Shown here: one piece after another, positions 1-14,195 of the stretch | How the letters are laid out: every line of letters starts with the position of its first letter | Numbering within the stretch: the stretch's first letter is position 1 | Source: Octopus vulgaris | Taxonomy: Eukaryota | Direction: 5' to 3' | DNA length: 64,000 nucleotides | NCBI GenBank assembly: GCA_951406725.2 | Contig: OX597827.1 | Span: forward strand, 52,514,001 to 52,578,000 | Translations under genes and position numbers: made by a program | The notes under the pieces: generated by a model | Database searches by the model: none | Told to the model about the DNA's origin: nothing | Seen by the model: the letters and a program-made list of their open reading frames with translations, nothing else

Positions 1-2057
1 ATGGGTTGGACGATTTTGACTGAGGGCTGGCGAACCAGATGGCTGCACCAGGCTCCAATCTTGATTTGGCAGAGTTTCTACAGCTAGATGCCCTTCCTAA
101 TGCCAACCACTCTAAGAGTATAGTGGGTGCTTTTTACGTGCCACCGGCACGGGGGCCAGTCAAACGGTACTGGCAACAACCTCGCTCGAATCTTTTTACA
201 CATGCCACCAGCACAGGTGCCAGTAAGGCAACATGTGATTAAAAAAGTGTTCAATTTAAATGGATGAGAAAGATGTGATCATTTTTTTAGTAATTTCTAT
301 TCTTGACTATAGGAACCATGCTGGAGCATTCTCTTTTTAGACAATGATATCGACTCCTGTACTTTGGTACATATTTTATTGATGTCTAGAAATGAAACGC
401 ATGTCATCCTTGGCATAAAAAAAGACAATTCAGAATTAAATACTGCAAGCTGCTTTTCTTTGATGCATAAAATTTGTTAATTCTATGCTAACACACGTGT
501 GTGTATGTATGTATGTATGTATGTACGACAGGCTTTTGCAGTTTTATCCAAGTTTTACTCACAGGGTTGACTCAAGACTATGGTTGAAGGCACTTGCCAA
601 TGGTCTCATGCAAAAAGATTGAACCCAGAAGCATGTAGTTGTGAATGGAAAAAAATGGTTTAGTTGTACAGTGTATAAATCAAGAAGAAACAACTTACAT
701 CTTTTTAAAAATAATTATATTTAGAAAGAAAACATCTGCAAATGCTTTTATTTTTGAATCAGAAAATATATGTTTTATTCAAGTAAAGGACATTTTTGGT
801 AAGTTATATAATATTTTTATGTATATATATAAAAAAAAAAAACCACCACCATTTTTCTCTGTGGTAGTATGACATCCATTGGTATTAATATCCCTCAACA
901 AATAAGACAATATTAAGAGAAATTTCTATGAATAAAAGAAAAGTTTAGAATATCAAATTTTTTTTGGTCATGATAATTTCTCAATATGGAGATTATTATG
1001 AAATAATGCTCTAGGCATTCTTGATGCCATTGCTGTATAAGCACAAATCTTTAAATTTTCAAAGGAAGGAGAAAAGGGATTTGTGACATAAATGAGAAAG
1101 AAGTTGTAAACTCAGTCTGCGAAGGAATTAACTATTTATATTGTTACAATGATAGAAAAGGTGATGAGACTAATGACATGGTATATGTTATCTGGTTGAA
1201 TGCCACACATTTTCTTTGAGAAAATCTAGCAATAGTCCTGAGATCATATTTGAATCAATAATTCCTCATTATCATATAGGGTATTACAATGGCAAATTGC
1301 AGTATTTAATTATACTCTTTGTGGTCCAAGTTCAAATCCCTGCAGGTTCCCAGTTTACTTTCTGTCCCTCTGGGATTGATAGAAAAAGTTCCGGCAAGAA
1401 ATCATTGGACAGATTGGCAGAATTGTCAAAGCACTGAATAATTTGTCTTGTGATATTTGTTCTGATTCTTTATGTTCTAAGTTCAAATCTCATTGAGGTC
1501 AACTTTGTTTTCATCTTTTTCGGGGTTAATACTAGTGCTTGACTAATACTTTATCAACTTAAAAAGGATGAAAGGCAAAGTTGACCACTGTGTGATTTGA
1601 ACACAGAACACAAAATGCTGGAATGAATATAACAATGCATTTTATCCAACATTTTAATGATTTTACCAATCCTCTGCCCTATAATAATTGTTTCTAGTCT
1701 TGGCACCAGATCTCAATTTTGAGGGGATGGGGCAGTTAGTCAATTAAACTGACCTTAGACTTTGACTGGCACTTTATGTTATCGACCCTGAAAGGGTAAA
1801 AGGCAAAGTTGATCTCAGTAAGATTAATAATGTTTTATCAAATTCAGTACAGCCAACTTAAATTTTTCAATTTCAACAATAGCAACTACAAAGAAAAGAA
1901 TCAAATATATCCAAGTGCAGTCGTTAGTTCTTCATTCATAATTTCAATTGCTGTTTTGAATTGACCATTTTCACTTCAATCATATAACTAAAAGCTTTGA
2001 GAAAGGCATATACATTATCACATTCTATTTCTACTTTCTTTTTATTCATTTTTTGGT

Positions 2058-2304
2058 TTATTCATTGGTAGATGATGCAGCAGGTGTAGTTTGTTGTTCA
2101 ACTAGTTTCTGGAAAATTCCATTGGGTATTTTCAGCAATTCTTCATAGTTCCCTTCTTCAGCTACCACTCCATCATTTAGCACTATGATACGATCCACAT
2201 TGCGAATAGTGGAGAGACGGTGAGCAATAATTATAACTGTACGGCCTGCCATTACTCCGTCTAGAGCTTCTTGGACAACATGTTCACTTTCAGAGTCCAA
2301 AGCA
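2058..2304 (-). CDS. ABCB10: ABCB10 exon 13, terminal coding exon ([15 protein letters not shown]...AHRLSTIRN...SSTNE*)
   Basis: Acceptor tttccag|; D-loop and H-loop; TAA at 2060-2058. Confidence 0.94.
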
Positions 2305-5300
2305 CTGGAAAAGAAACAATACATGTATGTAAGCATATATATGTATTTATCAACGTATGTGTACCGTAAATCCTCGAGTATAATCCGCATTTTTTACCCA
2401 AAATTTAAAGGTCAAAGTCTCTAGTGTGTACTATATACGAGGTTAAAAATGAAAAATATTTTCTAAGCAATGTCCGAGTCTCTATTTGCTGTCTGGCAAT
2501 GTTTATTCAGACAATGTTTATTTTGTGATGTCGGGCGTGAAAATACCTTAAGCTAAGCCTGAAAGCAATGAAGTCATAAAAGAATCATCTATAACTTGCA
2601 GTAAGCAACATTTATTAAATTAAAAGTATTCCAAACACAGAATAACATGTAACGAAAACAATTTGCGAACATATTTACATTCCCATATGACAGTTAATAG
2701 CATTACCATTATTATATTATGCATGTGCGGAAGTGTTTGTTCAACTAGGTGCTGCTGGCTTAATTCCGCACAATGATGGAGATTTACACTACAATGATGC
2801 TGACATGTTTATGGAGGAACAAATGGAACAGTTATTTGATGCTGAAAGTGACGTTGAATTTGAAGGATTTGAATAAATGTTTTTCCTTTTGCTTTTGTAA
2901 CTGATAGTGATAAATAAAGGCAAGTTACTTAATATTTATTTTTCACTGGTGTTATTACTGTTATTTCTTTATTTTGTGAAAACAAAATGCACAAAAAAGC
3001 TACACGTTTGCATTATGTTATATATACAATAATAATAAAGGACGTTACCATATACATTTTTACAAAACAAGGACATTACATAAACCTCCTTGACTCAAGT
3101 TAGAGAAGGGGTGCGTATTATACACAAGGTTTAAGTTTTTCAGAGGTACAACCCCCTAAAAATCCCCTGCGTATTATACTCAAGGGCGGATTATACTCGA
3201 GGATTTATGGTATATCACATTATATACATCTGAGATATATATAAATGTATAAGTAGGCGTGGGCATGGCTGTGTGGTTAGGGAGCTTGCTTCCTAGCTAC
3301 ATGGTTTCGGGTTCAGTCCCACTGCGTGGCACTTTGGGTAGGTGTCTTCCACTATAGCCCCGAGCTGACCGGAGCTTTGTGATTGAATTCGGTAGGTGGA
3401 AGTTACTGCCGTTTGTGTATATGTGCGTGTAGGTGCTTGTGCCTCTCCGAAAGAGAGAGAGGTTATAATGGCTTTTCTTTTTCTATATATTTTTATTGTA
3501 ATATTTATCAAGTCTAAGGCAGAAGGAGTGTGCTCCTAGCCTTTTCATTCCTCTTCTCAGACTAGGACAGATTTGTTGTTTAATATAACAATTAGAAGGT
3601 AAAAAGCAGGCTGGTATTTATTTCTATACCATTTTTATATCACAACAGTGAACAACACTGTTGTGTGAACAACAGTGTTACTGGTTACAAGTTTCAACTG
3701 GGCCAATCACTGCTTCACTATATCTTTAGCGGTGAAAATGACAAGAAAGAGTCTATCAAAGCACTTAATTTTAAAGCAACGGAGATTCAGAAGTATTTAC
3801 ACCCTTCGCCAATGAATATTGGTTTCAAATTTTGACACAAGATCAGCAATTTCAGGGGGATGGGGGTAAATCAGTTATATTGATCCCAGTGTTCAACTGG
3901 TACTTTTTTCATCCATCCTGAAAAGATGAAAGGCAAAGTCAACCTTAGCAGAATTTGAACTCAGAACATAAAGATGGACGGAATGCTGCTAAGTATTTTT
4001 TCCAGAAGTTAAAATGCAACTTACCTTGTAGCTTCATCAAGAATCAAAATCTGTGGATCCTAAAAGTAAGAATCAGCCATGTTAATTTCTGAAGTTCAAC
4101 ATTTATAAACTACTATAACATAGGCATCACCCAGATAACCATATTTTTTCATTATGTGGTAGTTACATGTGTAAGTCTGTGCTGACAAGTTGGTTTGCTA
4201 TTTTAAAAATGTGGTTTTTTTGTGGGCAGTGCTCATATGCACTAATTCTAGTTTTTAAGGTGAATATGTTGTAACACTACACTTAAGTTAACAGTGCAGT
4301 GTAATCCCAAGGGAATTTACTCAAGTTCAATGTTAATGGTTTCTTTTTTTATTTAAGATATTGTAAATACATGTACAATTGTAAATAAAGTTCACATCCA
4401 CAATACATGAACATTGTGATATGTCTATTAGATTATATGATGTCAGCAGCTCATGTTATCACTACTGCCACTAAGTCCCTGACGAAGATACTCTAAAAAA
4501 TCTACAACAGAGTAGCACAGTTCACCACAGTAAACGATGGCTATACTGATGTATAACAGATAAATATTTCATGACCTTATCTGTGATGAACCGAAGTTCC
4601 AGGATGGAGTTAACAAGAAATTACTATTGTGTATTTTTTCTTGAATTACTATATGAAGGTGAAACCTTTAGTCTCTTCATAATTATACAAGATAGAAGAG
4701 ATAGTTATACTTGTTGAAATCAAAGCAAAATACTGATGAATTTTATAGAAATAATTACCAAAATTTTGAAATTTGAAGAATGCAACACCGTGCTTACCTT
4801 TAGTATAGCTCGTGCAATAGCAATCCTTTGTCGCTGCCCACCTGATAAAGAGAAATATAATTGTAGTTTAGAGATAAGAAGGCAATTCCACTGGTGCTGC
4901 CACCTAGTTGTGCACTCACAATGAATGGATAATTGGACAGCAAACATCAAGCTAAGGCCTGTGCCTTCAAGTTGATGGACATTTGAAGAACAGCTTGAGT
5001 TTAGCTATAGTTCTGGCTTAAAGGCAATCAGTTATTAACACTCAGAGGCAGCCTGGAACCACAGTTCTATTGATAGAACATGTAAACTGTTGCTCTGATC
5101 ATACAGTTCTTTTCATACTGGATGGAAAAGGTGTAGTGAAGTTGACATTGCCAGCACACACTAATGGTCAGTACAAGCCTTAGTGGCAGACGATGCATGA
5201 GCACTCTGTCACACTAAGCTCCTTACAATTTGGAATGTCATGTACATGCGATGTGTTAGTAGAATAAAACTAATCTGTCTCATGATGGCCTAATCTCAGT

Positions 5301-8300
5301 TCATGTTCTCTGTCAGTGCATGAACATAAGCTAGAATTCATTTACCTGAATGTTTGAGGATCTAGAGAAATAGTGGTTTGGTTGAGCAATAATATTAATA
5401 TTTGTATCTCTGATTATGTGCAAGAGCCATTTGCTTACAGGCAAAAGCTCCCACAAACCTTCTTTTCAGATATTGAAAGCTATTCCTCAGCTCCCTACTC
5501 ACTCTTCCAATCAAGTTCACAACTATAGAGCAGTAACAATCAATGTAGGTATGTAGGGTTAAAGGCATTTCAGTTGTAACTATCCCCTCTTTTGGCGCAT
5601 TTAAGACTATATTGTCTAGTATGTTCTTCTGAGACAATAAGATGCAATTTCAGGCAGATTTGGCTCCTATATCTAGCAAATCATGTGGCTACATAGAAGC
5701 TCCCTCTTTGTTTTCACCATTCTGGGGTTTAATAAAATAAGTACTTGTCATGTACTTATTGCTATTCAGTTAAAATCAATCTGGTGGCATTTGGCTTATA
5801 GTAAGTTCAAGTAATCCCTATTATTCTGATTCTCTAGGCCTGCTAGGACAAGTAATGTACTGAACTAGAGGGCATTAAATAGTTCCATAACAGACTTTGA
5901 ACCGTGGTCTGTGAATCAATACTTCCATACTTTCTTCATTATAAAATTATAATGAGAATGAGAAAGTGAAACAGAATCTGATGGAAAGATGGAATTAATA
6001 TGATGAACACTTTGTTTAACTCACCAGAGAGCATCACTCCTCTTTCACCAACCAAAGTTTGAAAACCATCTGGGAAATACTTTATGAAGTTGTAAGCATT
6101 GGCTTTTTTTGCAGCTTCCTCAATGTCGGCCATTGGTACACTGGATGGATCTGGTCTACCATATGCAATGTTCTCGGCAATGGTACTGGAGAACAAAATT
6201 GGTTCCTGAAAAAAAAAGAGTATTATGAAAATTGTGCAATAAACAATGAAAATGTTCTTACATGATGGTGTCATGATTTTGTTCCTTTGCTGCTTTAGTT
6301 GGGAATGGTAAGATCAATATGATGGATTTTCATTTGAAATTACTGGAGCTGATAATTGTAGGAGTAATATGGATGGGGTGGTTGTCCAGATTTGACACAC
6401 TGGGGAGGAAGGTCAAGGAAAAAGTGCTTAGTGCAGGGACTGATTGTGGATTTGTATAGAGGATACACACACAGACATTTTGCTGTTTATATATAGAGAG
6501 ATGATACTAGGTGGAGGTGGTACACAAAGGCCATTATAGTTGCAACAGAAAGGTAGAATGGGAGTGAAGCCCATCTGTTGGCTAGTGGTTGAAGTGTATT
6601 GCTGACTCCATGCAAATTAGTCAGGGTGAATTTTATTTTTTTGATGTAGTCAAAGATGTTTATACGTGTAGCAGCACCATCCATTTGTATGAGCAGTATT
6701 CCACTGAGGGTTCTGCTTAAGCATTACTGTGTTTCAGCAAATGCTGACAGCTGAAAGTCTTAAGTCAAGTTGGGAATATGAGTTCCTCAGTGACTGTGAG
6801 CCCTGGCATTTATAATGACTTTGGTGGCTTTAGCTGAATGCTGTTCATAATTAGAAAGCATTGGGTAAAAGTTTGTTTCTTTGATAGTTCCATGCATGCA
6901 TGTGAATGTGTGATAGTCAATGAGAGAATCCCCAACATTCTATTTATTACCTGGTGACTGGAGATCATAATGATTTTGGCATTTCTAACAGTACCTGTCT
7001 GTTTATCAGTTCCAAACAGACTTCAAGCTTCAAGATAATGTTATGATATTTTGACCTATGGCAAACTAAAATATTCTCCAGGTGTTGTTTCTGACACTTT
7101 GCAAGTCACAAAGGCAACTTGTCTAGGTAAGCTTAAGTAGCACCCTAATATGAAATCTGATTTAATAGCAGTAACTAACACTTGTGATGTTTGTGTGGTT
7201 AAGAAGTTCATGAAGTTTGGCATCTTCATAGTCCTCATAGTATGAATGTTGTTGGCTAAGGTTCTATAATACTGCTGTGAGTGAAACTGGTTGATAGTAA
7301 CTGAAGTAGCCTGTTGTGCACATGCGTGCGTCCACATGCAGCTGTGTTTTGACTTCTTGTCTTTGCATGCTTAAATTCTTCAAACAAAACAATCCCACAA
7401 TCAAATACAGGCAATGTTGTATGCTTATAGTGAATCATGAAGGCACATCTTGGCTTCTTGACATGTCCCATGATCTTTATAAACAAAGAGGCTCACAATG
7501 ATGTCTGGGTTGTTTGTTTGATAGACAAGGGGATTATAACTGTGTTTGGAAATAGATGAGAGTTGGTGACAGGAAGGGCATCCAGCTGTAGAAAATCTAT
7601 TTCAATGAATTCTGCCTTATGCATGTAAGCATGGTAATATGGGCATTAAAACAATGATGATATACGGTTTTTTTCTCAAATCACTTAGTTAAATAGATAT
7701 ATAAATGAGAATGTTACACATTAAAATTACCTGACTAACGATTCCAAATTGTTGCCGAAGCCAGGACAGGTTTAGACAGTTAATGTTTTGGTCATCCAAC
7801 TTTATAGATCCTAGAGGAAATTATGATAATAATATTACAATTAAAGTTTAAAATTGTGAACAAAATTCTCTGTAAGTATCTTTATTAATTAGTATAGAAT
7901 GGAAAAGGGAAGAAAGAAACAACATACAGGGTTTTCTTTTTCAGACTTTCCAAGTTAGACTAAGAGATAAAAATAATTAGTTATAGCAACTATCAATTTT
8001 GTACAATTTGAATTGGTATAGACTGGTGAATACAGAAGATGTCAGTATGAAGGAAGATCCATGGAACACAATTTTGTAAGCAGAAAGAATGGAAATGAAG
8101 AATCAGTAAAATAAATTACTGTTAACTATTTTAACAACTCATGCTAGCATGGAAAAACAAATATTAAAATGTTGATGATGATAATGATATGAACCCATCA
8201 ATTTTCATCAAATTTCTGGTTTTGAAAAAAACATGATAGTTAATGTAGACCCAACCACTGCCACATGTAAGTAAATCTATACAAACATGTATATAATTGC

Positions 8301-11300
8301 TTGCAGTCTATTTATATTTATATCACTGAAGGTGGTGAACTGGCAGAATTGTTAGCAAGTGGGGAGGTGATTTTAGGAGGGTAAGGGAGAACAATTCATT
8401 ACTCATATGTGATAACTTTTGATATCAGCCAGTATTTCACCAGAACCTTTCATGTTAAAGAGTTCATATTTAAATTTAAACTTTCTGTTATAACTTTAAG
8501 CAAGAGCCTTTGAGTTTAAGTTATGTTCCAGACATGTAATCTTAAGAAAATTATTTTACGAAATGTCTACAAATTTTCCATTATTTTCAAAATGAATCAA
8601 AAGATACTGTGTTTCATTTGATATATGTTTATAAAAGAGTGAAAAGTCAAGTAGTTAGACATAGGATGGACATCTAGCTGTAAAAAAAATAATTACTCTT
8701 ACAAAAATCTCTTCATTCATGTTAGCTTCACTGTATGTGTGTGTACATAATTACCTGATTGAGGATCATAAAATCTTAACAAAAGTGATCCAGTTGTTGA
8801 TTTACCACAGCCACTATGGCCAATTAAAGCTGTTATGGAGCCAGGATCCAAGGACAGACAGAGCTTGTTGAAAATATTGAGTTCTCGTCGGGTAGGGTAG
8901 TGGAATACGATATCTTGAAATTCAATTTTACCTTCAGCTTTCTTGGATGGAATTAAACCACCTGTGTATTAGATAGAAATGAGAAGACTTATAGAGAGAT
9001 TTTAAAACAAAAAAGGTGGAAATTACAGGATGTTAAGATGTTTAGAACAGCATGGTTCTAAGTATGCAGATACATATAGGTAAGGGACGTTGTGACACAG
9101 TCGTTATGGCCCTGTCTATTTAGCATCACTGATCTGACACTTAACTTATTTGTCCCTGAGACTTTTTGCTCAATGAAAATTTTCTTCTTATTCTAGTAGA
9201 TAATGAACTGATAATTGGTTTTTAAACGGATACTCTTTTCTGAAGTGTAGGCCTCCACATCCATAAAATGGATTGGGACCTGGCATGCATTTTTGCTTGA
9301 ACTTTCCAGGTCAACACATCTGTATATTTTTTTCATGTCCAACTTCAGGTTTACCATTATTTGACATTCTTCTGCAATGGTCTGTAGGGTTAAGTCTTGG
9401 TTCGCTTGCTCCATTTTTGAGAGAATCCTTTGCCAAATTTCTCTATCTTCAGTTACCGTAATGCCTTGTATGAAGATAAGGGACTTAAACATATCCTGAG
9501 TGAGTTCCTGAAGTTTAAAGTTTTCACACATACAGTTGACTACTCTGGCATATTTAATAAAGTCATCATTGTCATTTTTTGTAAGGTTCCAACGTTCCAT
9601 TTGAGTGTTAAATAACGAACTTTTGTCACAAAATATCTTTGAGAGTAATTCAATAGTTTCTTGGAAACAAATCTCACTCAACTTTTTGGGCAATGTAAAG
9701 GTACAGCAGCGTTTACACTCAGCCGGAGCTACTTTGCATAGTAATAGCCTTACTGTCTCCTCATACGACCATGACTTGCAATCTTTGTTAAAAATGTCCT
9801 TGTACCTTCAATAGTATGCAGGAAATATAATACCCGCCTCTGAATTATAAGTGAATTCAGAAATTGACGTAAAAATGATGACCATGCCATCTGAAGTAAA
9901 CGAACTTACAGAATTTTCGGACTTTCTTAGCTGTAACTCACTTAATTGTTGTTGTTCCTGTTGTTTCTCTTGAAGCTGTATTACTGCAGCTAATAGGTTC
10001 TCCATAATTTAACAATTTGTATGAGGCACAAATTGTCAAATAACCTATGTTATATCCTTATGCCACCAATATTGTACAGTTGATATTGTCAACGATACTC
10101 TTTTACTTGTTTCAGTCATTTGACTGTGGCCATGCTGGAGCACCGCCTTTAGTCGAGTAAATCGACCCTAGGACTTATTCTTTATAAGCCTAGTACTTAT
10201 TCTATTGGCCTCTTTGCTGAACCGCTAAATTACGGGGACGTAAACACACCAGCATCAGTTGTCAAGCGATATGTCAAACAGAGACACAAACATATACGCA
10301 CATACATACATATATATATATGACGGGCTTCTTTCAGTTTCCATCTACCAAATCCACTCACAAGGCTTCGGTCAGCCTGAGGTTATAGTAGAAGACACTT
10401 GCCCAAGGTGCCACGCAGTGGGACTGAACCTGGAACCATGTGGTTGGTAAGCAAGCTACTTACCACACAGCTACTCCTATGCCTAGATAAAGAATACACT
10501 GTAACAGTGTTATAACAATACAAAATAGAAGCAGCAGCAATAACAAACACGTAATGAACCAACAATCAATATTTGCAACACACTAACTCGAACTGTACAC
10601 TGTACATGGACTTCGAAGACCAAGCTATGAACTGCCAACTGTGTCAGATCACTACTATTTATATGTAGTGGTCCTGTCTATTCTTGTTAGGGGGTGTTAT
10701 ACTTTCGCCACAACAATGAAATTACTAATACTAAATAAAACTTACCAGTGTGCTCAATGCTGGGTTGTCTATCCAAAAGTTCCCACACTCTTGTGCTGGC
10801 GCCGATTCCTCGCATAAGTTCAGAGTAAAAAGTGGTGATACCTGAAACATGAAACTTTGAATTTATTTATATGTGACATTTATATTTTTCTCAAAGACAC
10901 ATATACATTGTTTAGTAAATATAAGATGATACAGTGTTGTTCAAAAGGAAATTTGGCTGCTATTTCTAGCAACTTGAACACTCACATAGAGGCTCCAATA
11001 GGCTGTTGCCCTTTTAGTTTTAAGTCAATCCTGAAGAAGTAGATCTATGATCATCAGACTTTTTAAGGGCATGAAAGCTTACATTATTCAATATATGGAT
11101 TCCTTTCCCAATACAATAAGGAATGGTTTGAGGGAATTGGTTGCCTTTTCTAACAGATTGGGTGATCACATAAAGGTTCCCTTATCAGTTCATTACAATG
11201 TAATACAATTCATATTAAACTACCTGTGTATTAGATTTCTATCTAATACACAGGTTCATAGCTTGGTCTTCACTGATGTAAACAACAGTAGCCACCTGTT

Positions 11301-12474
11301 AACTTAAACTGCTAAGTTAAATTCTTCTACATGAAATATTGGTTTTAAATTTTGGCACAAGGCCAGAAATCTCGGTTGGTGGGGTAGGGTGGTGGGGCGG
11401 GATGGGGGTGGAATAAATTGATTACATCAATCCCAATGCTCAACTAATACTTATTTCATCAACCCTGAAAGGATGAAAGTTGGCTTAAGTGGAATTTGAA
11501 TTGAGAATGTAAAGATGGATGAAATAACGCCAAGCATTTTGCCCAGTGTGCTAATGATCCTGCCAACTTGCCGCCTTCTTCTACAAGAAATATTAACTTA
11601 AAATATCCAAGAAGACATTTGTCTCTCTATTGATATTCACCTCTCTAATATCAGGGACACTAGATATGCATAGACTGCATATACTAAAAATGCTTTTGTG
11701 CATTTGCATAGAATATTACCCTCAGCGGCGCTAGTGTTGGTATATTTGTGAATAAGTCATTAACCGAAATAAGTGGATGTATTGTTTAGGAAAATGCTAA
11801 TTACTTGTTTAAGCATTGTACTGGATAAATTGCGAAAATAACTCAAATAGTTCAAATACAAAGAAATAAGCATACTCAATTTGACTTATACGAAATAATT
11901 TACAAACCCAGCAAGCCAAAAAAAGGAGAAAGGGAAAAGCGTTGTGTACATTTAAAAAAATAGCAGCACTTTATTCAGTCAAGGCATCAATGTGACAAAA
12001 TCAATTCCTTTAATCACACTCTAAATAACAATGAGCACAACTGATCTGAGGTGATAGCAGAATGAATTTGATAAACTCCCCAAATGCATTAGTACATTAA
12101 GTGAAATAAGTACAACATGGAACTGACAGTAGGTCACACTATTCATATATAATGTGGCCCTAGACAAATTAACAGTAATAATCCACTTACCTCCCATGGA
12201 AATTCCAACATAAACTGCATATACTAAAAATGTATATAGTTCGCCAACAGTGAGCTGAGATTCAGTCATCATAATACCACCATAATAGAACACTGATAAC
12301 ACCACAAGGTTGCCTGAAAAGCCAGACTAAAAAGAAAAAAATTCAATTTCAGTTACATACATACATAAATATATATATGTATATATGTGAGTGTGTGTGT
12401 GTATATATATCTACACATTTATATAGGTATATATGTATATATACATATATGTATGTATATATAATTATATATAT

Positions 12475-12523
<49 letters not shown>

Positions 12524-12547
12524 TAAACACCTGTTTATATAGGTAGG

Positions 12548-12602
<55 letters not shown>

Positions 12603-14117
12603 GCACACATACACACACACACATATACATATTTATATATGTATATAGGTATATATGTGTGTGTGTGTATATACTAGTAGCTAAGCCTGGTTTCACCCGG
12701 TCAGTTTGGATGATGTGGCTGTAAAACCTGCTCTGTGTAAGCAGATTCAACTAAATCAAAAAATAAATCCAAATACTAAGTGAACAAAGATGAACCATCC
12801 TACTTCCATTGCACACGCACAGGCACACACACACACATTCACATACACCCCTTTTGCATATACACACATAGAGTTGAAAAGGCGTACAATTTTCATCCTC
12901 CCACTACCAAGTATGACATCACACCTTCCTTTCTCATTCATAAACACAAGAGTATTATTATAGTAGATTATCTCGGTAACCATGGGAGCTATGAAAAAAT
13001 ACAAAGCCCAGCAATACCACCAGATCATTCTACATATTGGTTGGAATCATTTCATATCAAATTCTTGACTGGGAAGCCTCCAGACCCAAACACGTCCACT
13101 GTCTGAAAATAATGCAAATCTGGATTCATCTGAGAAAATCACTCTATCCCAAAATGAACTGGATTTTTCTGACATCTCCTTAGCCCATTTCTTTCTTTTC
13201 ATGATATTAATTGGTTGAAGGAGAGATTTTCTTTTAGCTGCTCGTCCTTAATACCCAAGCTTATGCAGATATGTAACACACGTTCTTGGACTAACTTCTA
13301 GCTGTTTTGCAGTGTCAGAAGCCTTCGAATGGGGTTTGTTTTCCACAAGTCTCTTAAAACAGCGAAGCTTCCTTTGAGAGGGCCCAGGTCAGCTGGGATG
13401 AGAATCTGTTGATTCTTTTCCTTGGCTTTTGAATTGCACTATAATTCTATTAACAGTAGCAAGAGGAATTTGAAAATTTTCGGCAATTTTTCGCTGGCTA
13501 AGACCAAACTCAGATTGCCCAACAATACAACGACTTTGAAAATCTGACAATTCTGCTGAATCTTTTGTGTGTGCCATGATTACTCTTTGCAAGTGTTTAA
13601 TACAATGGCACCTGGAAGGAAAAATAATTACATTGTAAATTCTACACCACGGAAAACATTAAGATGCTTAGATCAGAAATTTTGAAAATTAAAGGTGTCT
13701 ATTTATTTCCTGCATGTCTGTGTATATCACAGCCACATCCTTGTTACACGAGAAAAGCCATTGCCAAGAAGACTTACTGTATTGTTTCATAATTGTTGCC
13801 ATGTGATGACCTTATATGACTTAAGCCCGGCCAAGCTTTTACACATTTTATTAAATACTAAACAGCTGTGCTGGCTGGCAGGAGAAACAGGTGTCACCAT
13901 ATACACTCTCTTAACATGTCTTTTTAGACCTCCAACTGAGAGGCACACTCTTCCACGTTTTACACACGTTCTGTTATGAATTTTAATAGCTACATCTAAC
14001 AAAGATTCTTCATATTCTTTCAAATTTTAACATCTCATCTCCATTTTAAACATATTTGTTGAGTTTCTATGGGATACTTTTCCATAAATTCTCATAACAC
14101 ATTCTCATATCTATCTA

Positions 14118-14195
<78 letters not shown>

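Noticed and set aside
3641-3679. Two overlapping 10-bp hairpins (CACAACAGTG/CACTGTTGTG)
   Set aside because: Short and most simply explained by local template switching; no functional context.
10400-10483. tRNA-like sequence with A and B boxes
   Set aside because: It is the head of a multicopy SINE, has no complete cloverleaf and continues directly into the SINE body.
11641-11760. Mutually exclusive alternative exon 6
   Set aside because: Similarity is limited to 24 nt, the donor phase would be 2 instead of 1, and there is no polypyrimidine acceptor; kept only as a micro-duplication finding.
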